Shown piece after piece: positions 38,546 through 52,260 of a stretch of 64,000 nucleotides of DNA. Position numbers and translations under genes: made by a program. The notes beneath the pieces were generated by a model, which did not search any database, had not been told where the DNA came from, and saw nothing but the letters and a program-made list of their open reading frames with translations. Source of the DNA: Octopus sinensis (Eukaryota). The stretch's first letter is position 1. The number at the start of each line of letters is the position of its first letter. The stretch lies in assembly GCF_006345805.1 (NCBI RefSeq), contig NC_042998.1:40920001-40984000 (forward strand). The letters run 5' to 3'.

Positions 38546-40439
38546 ATGTATGTATGTATATGTGCTTGCATGCACACATCAGAATATAGACGATATATCT
38601 CTATGGCTATAGAAAAAAAAAAAGTATATCAACATATTGTAATCTGTGTGCATCAACATAACATTTGGAATGCATGCACATATATATGTACACATCACAC
38701 TCACATTGTCTATACACTATCCAGCTGTTGTATATATCTCCACTGCAGTTTTCCTCTACTTACACTCATATACATAACCCTACTCACACTCACAAATATG
38801 TAATTTATTATTATTATTACTGAAGCTGTCCTCTTCAAAACCCTAGCTTGTATAATAGTTGGATTGCAAATACTATTTCCATATATGGTAGCTCCATTCT
38901 ATTTCTATTTATGAAATTTATATAAATTATTTTTGTATTATTGTGTTGATAATATCAACAGAGATATTTAAGTATTGCTTTTAGGTGAATTCTTGATATT
39001 GTATGTTATTTAGATAAGTTTTTTTATTTTAAAATCTACTTCTTAAAGAAAATAGTAGATATCATCAGGTATAGTTGTGGAAAGTACCACAAACAGACAT
39101 TGAAGGTAGATAAGGGTTTAAGATAAAAAATATATTACAATGTACATTGTTGTTTGATACTCAATTTCTTTTTATAAGTGTTAGATTTTGTTGTATCTGT
39201 TTTAAAATATTTCCTGGGTTAACTTCAAATCTTTTGGTTCAATCATTGTATGTGTATATTATAGTTTACAATATTTTAAGCAGATTGATATAATTCTCAT
39301 TTCAAAATATTTCCCAAGTCCACACTTAGAATTTCAAGATCATAACTATTTTAATATTCTATGAATATCTATTTTATTGTTTGCCTGGCATTTGCAGATG
39401 TATGTCTAAATTGTTTGTTTCTGTTTTGGGCAATGCTATTTTCTTTCACATGTATCATACATTATTTAATTTCTCCTCATGAATTCTTTTTATACTGTCA
39501 GGCCAACTGTTAGATTGTTTGAACTTTACCTTTTAGATACACTGCATCCAACTTATAATATTTCTCACATTTTTCAAAGTTTATTCTTATTTATTTGTTT
39601 CTGATTGCTGCTAAATATAACTGCCATTTTACACAGTCAAACTTATTTGTTTCTTGCAAGAGCAGCAGATGTTCTGAAATTTATAAATGTTACAGAGGGA
39701 ACTCTTCGGAGCAACATACCTAGAGGTAACAATTTGAAAACCTAAATCAATTGTTCCATGAAAAATTTAATGATAAAGATTTTGAACTCTAAACTACTCA
39801 GCTCATGTTCAGTTGAGTATTCTAATATGCCAATACAGTTTATTGAAAAATTTGATATGGTTGAAAATATGGTATTTTTATATTTACTACTACTACTGTA
39901 AAACTGAGCTAGCACAAAAAAAAAAAACCTTGACTGGTTAATGACAAAAACCAATGTGAGTAGTTTTACATTAACATTTATTTAATATCTGAAATTTGAC
40001 TCTTTTACTACTTTGATTCATGTAAACAGAGATGTACACCTTAATGTCACATATATAGAGCTAAGTGTTGGGTTGATGGCTAATGTTTTCTAGTTGCTGA
40101 GTTCTCTTAATGTAGCTTAGAAGAATTTAATATTTATATTTATTAATATTGCTCGAGTTTAGAACACTTTCTAATCTACCTTAATACAAAACAAAAGTGA
40201 ATAAAATATTAGCATATTACAGAAGTAAAAAATAGAAATAGATGAAATTAAAAAAGAACATGCAGTCTTAGCTGTAAGTCCAAGTGGGGTGACATCAATG
40301 AACCATACTTAAGGAGTGCATATAACCCAGCACACTATAAAGTGGCTGACAAATGAACAAAGACAAAATTGGGTCGGCAGGACTCTGTAGTCTTTCCAGG
40401 GACAAGATAACTTCTCTAGTGCTAGTGCCATGATAAAAT

Positions 40440-40634
40440 ACTCCCAGTGTACTCTGTGAAGCGGTTGGTATTAGGAAGGACATTTAGCTATAGGCACCGT
40501 ATCAAAATGAAATGTGGACATTGTCCCTGACCTATCTATGAAGGTAGTAACTTCCAATAAGAACTGACTTGGATCATCATGGTCCATTGAACCCATGCCA
40601 ACATGGAAAGTGGACATAAAATGATGTTGATGAT
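40440..40634 (+). mobile_element. RTE-type 3' tail fragment
   Basis: GGTTGGTATTAGGAAGGACAT..GAACCCATGCCAACATGGAAAGTGGACATAAAATGATGTTGATGAT. Confidence 0.6.
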
Positions 40635-40994
40635 ATTGCTTACACTAACACACTTCCCCCTCTCTCTTTCTCTCCGTCTCGGCAATATTAATAGACATTT
40701 GTTATTGGCAGATATTTGAGACTTTTAGAAATACATAGTGAACATCACAAAACATTCAAAACCTACCCTTGAGAAAAACAAGCATAAACAAAAAATTGCT
40801 ATTAATAACTATTATTTTTTAAAAAGTAATGATATTAAATTGAATAAATAACAAGATAGTACAAATAGAGAAGGGAAAAAATAAAGAAAACTTGAATCTG
40901 AAAGTAACAAAAGACCCAGAAATTCAAAGTTCAAAAAGTAACACTAAAATTCAAGAACAAATAATTTAATATTTCCCTTAGGTATAAGCAAAAT

Positions 40995-41212
40995 ATTGGT
41001 TTCAAATCTTGGCACAAGGCCAAGAATTGTTGGGGAGGGGTAAGTCAATTACAATGACCTCAGTGTTCAACTGTTATTTCTCTTGTTGACCCTAGAAGAA
41101 TGACAAGCAAAATCAACCTTGGCAAGATTTGAACTCAGCCCATAAAAATGGATGAAATGCTGTTAAACATTTTGCCTGGCATGCTCACAAGTTGACCAGC
41201 TTGCCACCTTAA
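40995..41212 (-). mobile_element. tRNA-derived SINE (second copy at 57250-57460)
   Basis: Reverse complement carries a GAGTTCAAAT B-box and a central TTTCATCCTTTC.GGGTC.A.AA motif; similar to 57250-57460. Confidence 0.7.
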
Positions 41213-41959
41213 AGCAAAATGTTAAAACAAAAATTCCCATCCAGAAGGGTTCAACAATAAAAATATAATAGATTTACTCACACTCACTAACCATAAAATA
41301 AAATAATTTATGTATTAAACTGACATGCTTAAAGTTGAATGTAACTAAGAAACTAAATAAAAGATGAAAAAACAAATGTAGAGGAAAAGAAAAGAAATAC
41401 ACCTCATCTCACCTTCTCTGCTCAGCTTAAAAGTTTATGACTGATTTGCATTAGATGAAGTGAAAGTACATCAGTGGCTAAGTTGCAAAAGTGAAATTTT
41501 TGATGCTTCATGAAAGAAATAAATGAAAACTGAACATAATAGTTTTTGAGTGTTAAATGGCTCTGGACTTTTTTTTACAATATAGCTATTTCAATTTCAA
41601 CGCATTCCCAATTCAACCAAGTCACTTGCAAAACAAGTTGTGGTATGGGGTAAAAAGCATAATTCACCTACCTTGCGGGTCCTCTCATATATCCAACCAG
41701 GATATATCCATAGGAGCCCTACCCACCTAATCTCCAGCCAGTAAATTACCTCAACTCATGTGATCACTGTATCCATCCCAAGCAGCAGCCCCCAAAGCAT
41801 AAGAGGCCCACACAAGTCATCCTTCTGCTCATAAGGCCTTCCACATTCCTCTCCTTCCAGCAAGGCTCCTTGGTCATTCACATAATGTCACTGACCTTAT
41901 GCTTCTAACTCACCTCTGACCTCGAAACTCACCTCCTGACCTCGAAACTCTCCACATCA

Positions 41960-43200
41960 CTTCACTCCATGTCAAAATCTGCCATCCACTGTGTGGACAT
42001 CTCACCCACTGTTGACCTCCACAGAGATGTGGCGCTGCACACATCCTCTTCCTCTTCCTTCATCACCTGATGAATCAACAATTCTGCAAACATCCAAGAC
42101 ATGATGCAGCATTCCATTCACAGGCATGTTATTTCAAGAATTAATTGCAGTTACTATTCCTTTTCCCCATTGAGATGTGCAGCACACATTTGGGGGCTTG
42201 ACCCAGACTTCACCCCCTACCTGTACAGAAGCAGGCTCTCTGTCTTTTGCAGATCACTGTGATACCATACATGGATATTGCCATTCATATCTGAATACCA
42301 CTCTGCATGGTACTGACTAGGGTAACATATTATACTAGAATACTGCCTCAGTTGCTGAGATATGTCCCCCTCTCCATCATGACCTTGATTGTGCAATAGT
42401 GTCAATCCACAATACCATTTCCACATGGCCTATATGCCACTCTAAAGAAACAGTTCATGTTCTATTTCTTAAGCATTTCTAGCTGCTCTTCCAAGCAAAA
42501 TGCTATGCTGTTGTCCATCAGCAACTTGTCTACTGGTCTCTGCTCCAGCTACATCTCATTCACAATTCAAGAAACTTCATCTGCAATACCTGTCTTGATT
42601 TCCTTCCATATTGCCACCACCCCAGTCTGCAGTTGATCATCAAGAGACATGTCCCCTACCAGTAGTGAGTTACATCTACTGCCAGTCATTTCCAGTTGTG
42701 TTCTGCTGAGATGTTTCCCACCTAGTGCAGCAGGGGTCAATGGACTGACACCGGCCACAACTTCAGACCGCATTTTGAATGCTTAGTGTCTTGTTCTCTC
42801 CCATATGTTATATGGTATGCAGTCTTCCTAGCTGACATACTGCAGCTATCTCCAGCTCTGAATCCTCTGGCAGCTAGCTCTCCCAGAATCCCTAGATGGT
42901 GCTTTATTAACATCTTTGCTGCCTCTTTCGTTTGTACTCTCCTCTCAGCAGTGATCACTGATCCCACCCATCCAAGCACAATGGCTGAATCAGTTTGCAT
43001 CTTGATAATATGCAGCCCCAATCTCTGGACCAGATTCATTCCCTTCGACAGTGTGTCCAATTCAACTACATTGATGTGATTGTGATCATCCATTTGCCTG
43101 AACCAGGCTGTGTCCTCCACCTCAATTCCCCCTATTTCCAGAACAACCTTTGTTACTATGCTGCTACCATCACACCATTTGGTCTCATTCTCCAATTTGG
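41960..43200 (-). mobile_element. Ty3/Gypsy pol relic (RNase H and integrase)
   Basis: WCDGSS..DHNHINVVELD..MQTDSA (RNase H); LAVDVTHY..LLMDNS..AYRPCGNGIVD (DDE core); C-terminal GEVWVKPP..WGKGIVT. Confidence 0.8.
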
Positions 43201-43399
43201 GCGTATACTAGCATCCTCTTACTAGGTCTTCCACTCTTACAATCTCTAGGTTTGAGCTAAGAAAATCACTGGTGACACAGATTTCTAATTTTAATACTTG
43301 CTTTACTTTTAGAGCTTAATATCTTTACAGATATGCACTTATCAGTGATGCATAAAAATAATCTGCTCACATCTTCCAATTTATATAACTCTTCAATAT

Positions 43400-44190
43400 A
43401 CCTGATCCATGTTTTCAAAGACAAGGAATCCACTTATAATTATTTTAATGACTGGAAAGAAGTAATTTCAAAACTTTGTTTGAATTTGAGAAATATATCT
43501 GTTGTGAAGAGTGAGAAACACTGTCATTGTAAACATCCAATTCAATGCCAAATTTTTGTTGACTCTAACATTAAACAAATACCAATGGAACATATATCCC
43601 ATGGACGAAAATCAGCCAATTTAGATGAAAACTTTACACAAGTGGTACCCAAGAATAATGCAAAGTTAGTAATTTCAGTAGCATCAAGCTGCACAAAAAG
43701 TTAACATAAAGTTAGAAGCTAATGCAATTGCTTTTCAGAATGACAGATGGTTAGCCCAGATACTAATGTTTAGTTTTGGATGTTGCACTATGACAAGCTC
43801 TGCAAACACACTGTGATATATACATTGGTTATTTTGGAAATTGTGTAAGTTTGGGGTGCATTGAAACTGAACAAAGCAGATGTGTTAACTATATTCCATG
43901 CATCAACTAGAGAAGACAGTATTGGAAGATTCTATGAACTTGGCAAAATCTATGTAGTTTCTATAGTTAACAGGGCATCTCAGAATTTATATAACTGGCT
44001 CAAGAAGGTGACCAAACAGAGAAGATGAAAGATGCATTTGCCATCTTTGTATATTTAATATACTGCACAAAAGCTGTCTGTGTATCAGATTTTCTAGACC
44101 TAAGGTGGCATCTGTTCTGCAAGAATCTGGCAGAATGTAGTAAGTTGCCTTCTACAGCTCATTGAAAACGCATGTGCACAGAGTAGGGTT
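43400..44190 (+). mobile_element. Probable AcademX-type DNA transposon relic with an XPG/FEN1-like nuclease domain
   Basis: Decayed peptides SPDT(N)V, IFHASTREDSIGRFYELGK (FHAxTGxD..GK-like H3TH region) and LRWHLFCKNLAECSKLPST. Assignment is by recalled motifs. Confidence 0.5.
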
Positions 44191-45402
44191 TAGTGTCGAG
44201 CCACTGCCATATGGCAACTTCTGTTTGACTCAGTAAATCTGGCATGCTACCAGTTACAACAGTGAGGGTTCCAGTTGATCTGATCAATGGAACAACCTGC
44301 TTACGAAATTAATGTGCAATTGGCAGAGCACTCTAAAGACATTAAAACCCTTAACATAGTTCCCAGGAAGATTCAACTTGACACAGAATTACAAGGCTGA
44401 TCTTTTGAATTACAAGTACTACTCATTTTTTCCACTAAGTCATACCTGTTATTAGAATAACTATGGTGAGATATTACGTTCAACTATGAAGGTTCCACCT
44501 GCTTCACAAATCATGTAGAGTTGGTTATATGTGAAATCAAATCCCATACACAACTTGGAGTTGTCCATGCAGAAGACAAATTTGGCTTCCACAGACCTTC
44601 ATGTGGAAGTGACTGTAAAAATGGCATAGACTTTGTCAAAAATGATAGGACAGTGGAGATCTGTAAAAGTATATTCTTAATATAAACTTAATAAACCATT
44701 GTAGAACTTAAAACTAACAAGGCTGCTTTCTTACATTATAGACACATAATTTATAACTTCACAAGACTTGCTATGTGTATTATGTAATACAGTTATTACA
44801 GAAATATAAAGACAATAGCTTTCAATTAACTGTGTTTGTTGCTTTTTCTATAATCCTGATCCTGTTTTGAGGCCTTTATTGGATTCTATGATCCAGAAAG
44901 CCTGGGTTAAGCATGCTTACGTTTCTAGATTAACTAGAAGCTGAGTTAGCTCAAAAAATTTATTTCATATTGGCCATATTGAAAACCCCAAATGGCAGGT
45001 GTCTGTGCATTCATTTTTAGATTTTTTATTCTAAAAATGTACAGATTTGTAAATTGCCAAGAAATTTTAGCAAAATTAAGACAACATTTAACTATCTAGC
45101 TATTTCTCATTTTATGATAATTTTTCCTAATTTCAACCTCAAATTTCCAACTACAGGCATTTTCCCATTAACAGAAGCATTGTTTTCCTGAAAATCCTGC
45201 TACAATGTAGAATTTCAAAATGTAAAACCTTTTCCCCCACATTGACTTCGATGCTCTGGAACTTGAAAGTCAGTGTGGAAATAGGTTTTGCATAACTATG
45301 TCAAGCTTTTCACAAACACAACACTTCCATAATGCAAGGGGTACCTATATATTTATGATATTTATAAAGTTATTTTTAATCACCTATTTGTTTTCTTTTC
45401 AG

Positions 45403-45495
45403 GCTGATCGTCCAGTTGTTAATGATCTGTTCAAAGATTTATCTGATGGATGCAATCTACTTTCACTGTTGGAAGTTTTAAGTGGCGAAACCCTA
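45403..45495 (+). CDS. DMD: Dystrophin exon (human exon 3 equivalent), CH1 domain: ADRPVVNDLFKDLSDGCNLLSLLEVLSGETL
   Basis: ttttcttttcag acceptor and gtaagt donor; 93 nt, phase 0-0; aligns to human [31 protein letters not shown]. Confidence 0.92.
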
Positions 45496-45676
45496 GTAAG
45501 TATATATGTGTGTTTTCATGAATTGTTATTCTAAGTTTCATGTTAACTAATTATTCAAACAAATCATTTCAATAATCTGTAATGTGAAACCCATAGTGAT
45601 GATCCAAGAAGCTTCAGCTTCTAAAAATTATTATATTTATAATATAGGTGTGTGTGTGTATATATATATATGTGTC

Positions 45677-46257
45677 TTGGCATCACTCAGCAAGACTTTT
45701 GTTAGCCACTCTCCAGCCATCTATTTAAAACTGTATACAGCTATGGTACAACCACACTTAGAATTCGCATCATCAGTTTGGAACCCCTATCTTGCTCAGA
45801 ACATTGACCTCCTGGAATCTGTTCAGAGACGTGCAACCAAACGCATACCCTCTATCAGACACCTACCATACTCTGAGCACCTTGTTTCCCTGGGCATGGA
45901 TTCACTGAAGCTCCGGCGTCTGGCAATGGACTTGGTAAACACCCACAAAGTTATCAACCACCTCACCAACAACAACACTGAACACCTTTTTGATCTTCAT
46001 GTATCTAACACATGTGGACATGCCTACAAAGTCAGAAAACAACACAGCTCCCATGACTTTCGGAAACATTTTTTCACGCTCAGAGTTGCTGAAGCATGGA
46101 ACAAACTGCCTGCGTCAGTTGTTGACTGCCATGACACTGCATCCTTTAAGGCCCTCATGCTTTCCGAAATCCGCCGAAACTACACCTGATTATACATACA
46201 CTTTAGATGAGTTGTAGTGCACCTGAGCACTGTATACAATGTTTTTATTATTATTAT
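45677..46257 (+). mobile_element. CR1-clade LINE 3' end
   Basis: LKLYTAMVQPHLEFASSVWNPY..LESVQRRATK..LRRLAMDL..RKHFFTLRVAEAWNKLP followed by a (TTA)n tail. Confidence 0.85.
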
Positions 46258-47759
46258 ATATAAAATAAATGATTAAGAAGTTTGTTTTGTAGTCATGATT
46301 TTGTGTCTTTTTTTTTTTTCTTAGTATGCTTTTCACCATGGCTTGACATTAATTTAAGGTTTATGAGTGAAATTGTGCCGCTGGAAATCGAAATCCCAAC
46401 AGATGGATTGTACATGTAATTCAAAAAGCCATCACCCTTTTCAGTTACTTTGTCAAACTGATTTTTGTCCAAATATTATGTGAAAAGTACAAGCATCTAT
46501 GGAATACTCAGCCACTTACACTTGTACTCAATAAATTACACTTGTACTGAATAAATCATTCAGTTGTTTAAGTAACTAGAATAATTATTGTCAAAACTGG
46601 CAGAGAATTCAGTTACTTCAGGAGAGAGAAATGTTAAACTCTGCTGAATGTCCTTCAGAAATGACACTTTAAAATAAATGAATGAATGAAGTTTTCTCTT
46701 ATGAGAAGTGTACTAACATTTTTCTCAATTAGTCTTCTCGAAGTACCATATATCTAACTGTTGCAATTTGTTGAGATAATTTCAAAGTAGAACTGTTGAA
46801 ATTAAAACAGAACATATGAATACTTTTTCTGTTATTCAATTTTTATTTTTAATTTCCAGTTAAAGCGAGAACTAGACCTTAAAACTACAAAAGAAAAAAA
46901 AATTTTGCTATCTACCTTTGTAGATAACAATGCAAGGGGGATAATTATTTTAAAAATGCTAAATTATTCTCCCTTATTAGATGGATGTCGGCTTTTCATA
47001 AAAAGAAAAAGAAAAAGAAACAATTCTACTAATTGCTCAAGAAAAAACTGAAGTTAAATACTTTACTGAAAAAACCTAAATTTTAATATTTTTCTTAAAA
47101 ACATAGATTTAAACCAATGAAAAGTTACCAGTTTTGAACAGACTTCCTAATAGCATTCTTTTGATAATACTGGTGAAATACCATTTACATGACTATGTGA
47201 TAACTCCTGTATACTGTAAACTAGATAAAAATGTATATGCCCATTCTCAAAATAAACCGTCAGTGTGGAATTTTGTTTTATAACTAAGATATATATCTAG
47301 AATATTAGGTGTATAAAACTAGTTAACTTTGTTAACTCCAATGAAGTTTGATAAAGCTGTTAACTGGATTTTTTTTTTGTTTTTGTGTAGTATTTTCTGC
47401 TTATAATGGATTATAACGTAAACTTATGTTATATATTTGTGTATTTTTCTCTCACTTTACAATATATTCATTTTTCTTTTTATTGCCATTCAATGTTTAT
47501 CATAATTTCATGGGGCTGGTGGTTAATATGCAGAAGCTGTTTTTACTCTGATTGAACGCAACTGTTTGCTGATGGTTGGTGTTGGGTTGAGACGTTTTGT
47601 TTCTATTTTTGATGAAGTGTTTACTTTGGTGGATCTTTTTAAAGATTTAGCTGGCGCAGTGAATAGTCCACCACTTGAGATTAATGTATAGTATCATTTC
47701 CATAAGTCCACAATATTTCTAGCTTATGGGTTAACTGTTATAGCTAACTTCAGGCTTAA

Positions 47760-48180
47760 CTCTTCTTAACTGTTTCTCTTTCAGTCCAATGATAACTCTC
47801 TTTTTACTGTATTCCCTTCCCATATCTTCATTACCTTCCTCCCTTTCTTCTCACTCCTTTCCTTCTTTCTTTCACTTCTCTCCCCTTTCTTTCTGTTTCC
47901 TTTCTTTCACACCCCATTTCTCACCACTGTTCCTCTTTCATTTTTCATTCATTAAATCTATCTTGCTAAATTTTTCCCACTGTCTTATCTATTTTTTTCT
48001 CTTCTAATCTCTTCTTTTATTCCTGCTCCCTCACTCCAGCTCCCCCCCTCTCTCTCTTTCTTCTTCCAGCCCACCCTTCTCTCTTTCCCCATGTATCCCA
48101 TACTTCTTACTCTTTTCTGTCCCTCCCTTTACCCCATTCTTCTCTTTCCCATTCCACCACTCTCCATCATCTTTCTTCTC
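47760..48180. repeat. About 400-bp pyrimidine-rich (C/T) low-complexity tract
   Basis: Strongly C/T-biased on the + strand; directly visible. Confidence 0.85.
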
Positions 48181-48454
48181 TACTCCTGAATGAAGCAGCT
48201 TCTACCTGCTAGAAATACCAGTGAAGCCTCTTTCAAACCATATTTTGTCATTTTGACTGACATAAGGAACGACATATTGGATAATGTAATTCCTGGTTGA
48301 AAGGAAAAGATGTGTTCATTGCCTGAATTCATTTGATTGTATATACAGCTGGTTGGTGCTGATCTGGGGCTAAACAACAATTCCCTGCTCCCCCTCTCTC
48401 TCATCTACTTCTTACTCTCTTTCACATCCCATGTCTCTTCTCTGCACTCTTTCT

Positions 48455-48496
48455 ATGTGTGTGTGTGTGTCTCTCTCTCTCCCTCTCTCTCTCTCC

Positions 48497-48528
<32 letters not shown>

Positions 48529-48647
48529 GAATAACATATAGCCTATGGCTAAAATGTCTTTTGTGCTAGATCACCGGCAATAATAATTTATTTTATCGCC
48601 TTTTTATTATGTTTACATATATCTATATATATATATACACACATACA

Positions 48648-48687
<40 letters not shown>

Positions 48688-48788
48688 CATACATATATCT
48701 ATATATATATACATATATCTATATATATATACATATATCTATATATTTACATACAAATATATATATATATACACATACATATACAAAA

Positions 48789-48842
<54 letters not shown>

Positions 48843-48860
48843 TATATATATATATATATA
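48455..48860. repeat. Compound microsatellite (GT)n(CT)n(TA)n(CA)n
   Basis: Directly visible. Confidence 0.95.
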
Positions 48861-49211
48861 TCATCATCATCGTTTAGCGTCCGTTTTCCATGCTAGCATG
48901 GGTTGGACGGGTCAACTGGGGTCTGTGAAGCTGGAAGGCTTCGTCAGGCCCAGTCAGATCTGGCAGTGTTTCTACGGCTGGATGCCCTTCCTAACGCCAA
49001 CCACTCCACGAGTGTACTGGGTGTTTTTTACGTGCCACCTGCACAAGTGCCAGACAGAGCTGGCGAACGGCCACGAACGGATGGTGCTTTTACGTGTCAC
49101 CGGCACGGGGCCAGGCGATGCTGGCAACGGACACGAACGGATGGTGCTTTTACGTGCCACCGACACGGGGCCAGACAGAGCTGGCAACCGGCCACGAACG
49201 GACGGTGCTTT
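48860..49211 (-). mobile_element. Young RTE 3' UTR fragment with three 60-62-bp units, flanked by (TA)n
   Basis: Near-identical reverse complement of 52800-53034 and 3749-3921; CpGs retained. Confidence 0.9.
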
Positions 49212-49224
49212 ATATATATATATA

Positions 49225-49440
49225 TAATATATATAATCACTTGTTTCAGTCATTAGACTGCATATATGTTGGGGCACCACTGCCTTGAAGAATTTTTAAT
49301 TGAATGAATTAACCCCCAGAACCATTTTTTTTAAAGCCTGTTACTTATTCTATTGGTCTTTATTGCTGAACATTGAAGTTATAGGGATATAAACACACTT
49401 ATACCAATTGTCAAGTGGTAGTAGGACACACACACACAGA
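49225..49440 (-). mobile_element. SINE 3' half fragment
   Basis: Reverse complement contains GACCAATAGAATAAGTA..TGACTGAAACAAGT. A related 3' end lies at 36770-36822 and a head fragment at about 50400-50500. Confidence 0.55.
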
Positions 49441-49444
49441 TATA

Positions 49445-50333
49445 TGAGGTAGTGTCAAAATGTTTTTGGATTAGTTCTGTAGCATGCCAATAAATGGCAC
49501 AACACAGTTGCATGCACAGTGAGAGCTAGCAGTGACTTTCATGAGGCAGTGTGCCAAGTGACATTGCTGTGTTTACTTCGCAAGTTGTGCCATGTATGCT
49601 GTAGTCTGTGATTTTGTCATGGACAGGAACAAAGAGCCAACATGAAATTTTGCATTAAATTTGGGAAGTTTGCTACAGACATTAAGCATGCTTTGGCTAG
49701 GTTACAGCGAGAAGGCAATCAGTTGTACACAATGTTTTAAGTGGCAAGGGCACTTAAAAAGCAGAAAAACATCCTTGGAATACAATGAATAATCTGGAAG
49801 ACCTGCCACATGCGTCACCCTCAGAAATGTGGTATTGTGCATCAAGAACTCATTCCCCAGAGTCAGACTGCCAATTGAGAGTTCTTCTGCGATTGTTTGA
49901 AACATTTGAGGGAGGACATTCAGGGAAAGCAACCAGATTGGTGGAGCACAAAGAACTGGATTCTTCATAACAACAATGCACCCTGTCACCAAGCTCTCCT
50001 TACTTGTAAGTTTCTCGCCAAATCAACATAGTTTAGCTTCCGCACCCTATTCGCCAGATAGAGCACCTGCATATTTCCATCTCTTCCCCAAGATGAAAAT
50101 GCAGCTCAAAGGTTGCCATTTTAACACCATTGTCGAGACCCAGGAGTGAATCACAGAAGGTCCTCAACTCGTTTACGGAAAATAACTTCCAAGCCAGATT
50201 CCAAAAGTAGCAGGAACACTGGGATTAGTGTATTGCTGCACAAAATGACTATTTTGATAGAGATGATGTTAAAACTTAGGTAAATAAGTTATTTATTTAT
50301 TTATTAGTCCAGGAACCTTTTGATACCACATCA
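49445..50333 (+). mobile_element. Internally deleted mariner (DD34D-type) element with both TIRs
   Basis: TIRs TGAGGTAGTGTCAAAATGTTTTTGGATTA and TAGTCCAGGAACCTTTTGATACCACATCA. Peptides QRANMKFCIK, WILHNNNAPCH, PYSPDRAPAYFHLFPKMK. Confidence 0.85.
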
Positions 50334-52260
50334 TGTATATTTATATATATATATAGTAGTAAGAGAATAGAGGAATTTTGATTATCCCCACTATAAATAT
50401 ATATATATATATATATATATACTCACAGGACTGAGGCTACAGTAAAAGATTCTTGTCTAAGGTACCATGTGGTTGGGATGCAAGCTTTTTTACACACAGT
50501 CATGCCTACATACATATACACACCTCTTAATTACTGTTTTCATTTACTTCAAATATTTTCATTTTAACCAGAATCTTACAAAAGAAGAAAGAAAAGCAAC
50601 TGGAATTTTGAATTTTAATGCAGTAATGCATTGTATCTTTGTGACAGTTATTTTGTGCCCCCTTAACGTAGCCATGTGTTTTTGTGTCCCCTAATACAGC
50701 CACAGGTGTTGTTGCCTCCTTAATACAGTCATGTTTTGTTGTAACCTAACACAGCCACGTGTGTTGCTGGTTCTCTGATATAGTAATTTATGTTGTATCC
50801 TTGTGCAAGGTAAAGATCTTGGCTTGCTCCAATTTACCTTACTGACAAAAAAGCACTAATACTTTACAATTGAATGATCAACAGTAAAAAGAGTATCCCT
50901 GAATGTAAATATAACTATTCTCACATCACCTGCACATTCTTGACTGTTTGATACAAAAGAAGTCAGTTACATGCATTCAAGCCCTCATTTCAAAATTCTT
51001 CAACTACCTTCCATTATTAAGCTGTGCTTTTCCATTGTTTTTGCTCTTGCTGTTGAAAGAGTCTTCTATTCACTAAATATGACCTGTCCAATAAGAAAGA
51101 ACATGACTTGTAGCTAATATGTATGGGCTTTTAAAATAGAAAAGTTGTAAGTTTGATTAAAATTTCACACATTTGATATGAAAATAGTTTATGTGCACTG
51201 CTGTTTCTCTTTAGGTAAATCCTCCACCCCAGAAAAAGTGGTGCAGAGATATTTAACTTTCAGTCACCTTACTAATTTGCTCTGAGACTCAAACCTACTT
51301 CAATACAGTGTACTGTTATATAATTGGAATTGTTTCCTCATCTGATTGCATCACTTGCACATTAGCATTAAAAAAAAATACTTCATAAATATAACCCTAA
51401 TTCATAAAGCACTGTGCTTTCTCTGCTTATCCTACCACTGTCATAATGACCTCTTTTCTTCAGAATCCCCCTCCCCACTGTCGTTCCATTTGAACAAGCC
51501 CATTTTACTCAGTTCTCACTTCAAATAGTTTTTCTGTTCTAAAAGTTTGTAATAGTTTTGCGGTTCTAAAATCTTAGTTGTTTACTGAGAGACTGGCTTT
51601 TTGGTAGTACTTTGTTATCTCTTTGTAATAAGCTGCACTCATCTCAGATGTAATGTGCTCTTTGCTGACCTACAATCAGTGCTCTTCTCCTTCTGTCATG
51701 ACAATAATGTAATAATAGTAAAACACAAACTATTTTAATAGTTATTTTGCCCCAAGTCAACCCTGACTGAGCAGACTCGAGATCAAAAGCAATCCAGCTG
51801 TAATCATTTCACCTTTTTAGGAGTGTCCCAAACTATTTTATCCTTTGTGTCCTTCTGTTTTTTATATTTGGGTTTGAGGGACTACTTTTTCTATCAAGTT
51901 GAGTGACTGCATAGAGGCTCTCATTGGTTTAATTCTGATAAGTATTTAGTTAATCTGTTTATGTACTGTATTTAAATATTTTTACTTTAACTAATAAGTT
52001 CACAACTTCTAAACAAATATTTAACATTTAAGTTGCCAGTGTGTGAATCCTTTTAAAAATACTTTGTTAAAAGTGTAAAATAAACCCAAATAAAAAAAAA
52101 CAACAACAAAAGAACAGAAAAACTATTTGAAGTGAGAACTGAGTAAAATGGGCTTGTTCAAATGGAACAACAGTGGGGAGGGGGATTCTGAAGAAAAGAG
52201 GTCATTATGATAGTGGTAGGATAAGCAGAGAAAGCACAGTGCTTTATGAATTAGGGTTAA

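Noticed and set aside
39696-39725. Possible 30-nt in-frame cassette exon (RELFGATYLE) between tacag and gtaac
   Set aside because: Weak polypyrimidine tract and no homology to dystrophin; such AG/GT pairs occur by chance in 45 kb. It would need RNA-seq junction support.
45298-45534. 78-aa ORF containing the CH1 peptide as a stand-alone gene
   Set aside because: Only 45403-45495 is exonic; the flanks are intronic read-through bounded by canonical splice sites.
45584-46189. 201-aa ORF as a host gene or dystrophin exon
   Set aside because: The C-terminal part is a CR1 LINE 3' end and the N-terminal part is low-complexity intron.
47460-47700. Possible Penelope-like coding remnant on the minus strand (similar impression at 18536-18853)
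   Set aside because: No diagnostic RT or GIY-YIG motif; the resemblance is compositional only.
50664-50790. Degenerate ~28-bp minisatellite (4-5 copies of TAAYACAGCCAYGTGTGTTG..)
   Set aside because: Real but short and decayed, with no evidence of function.
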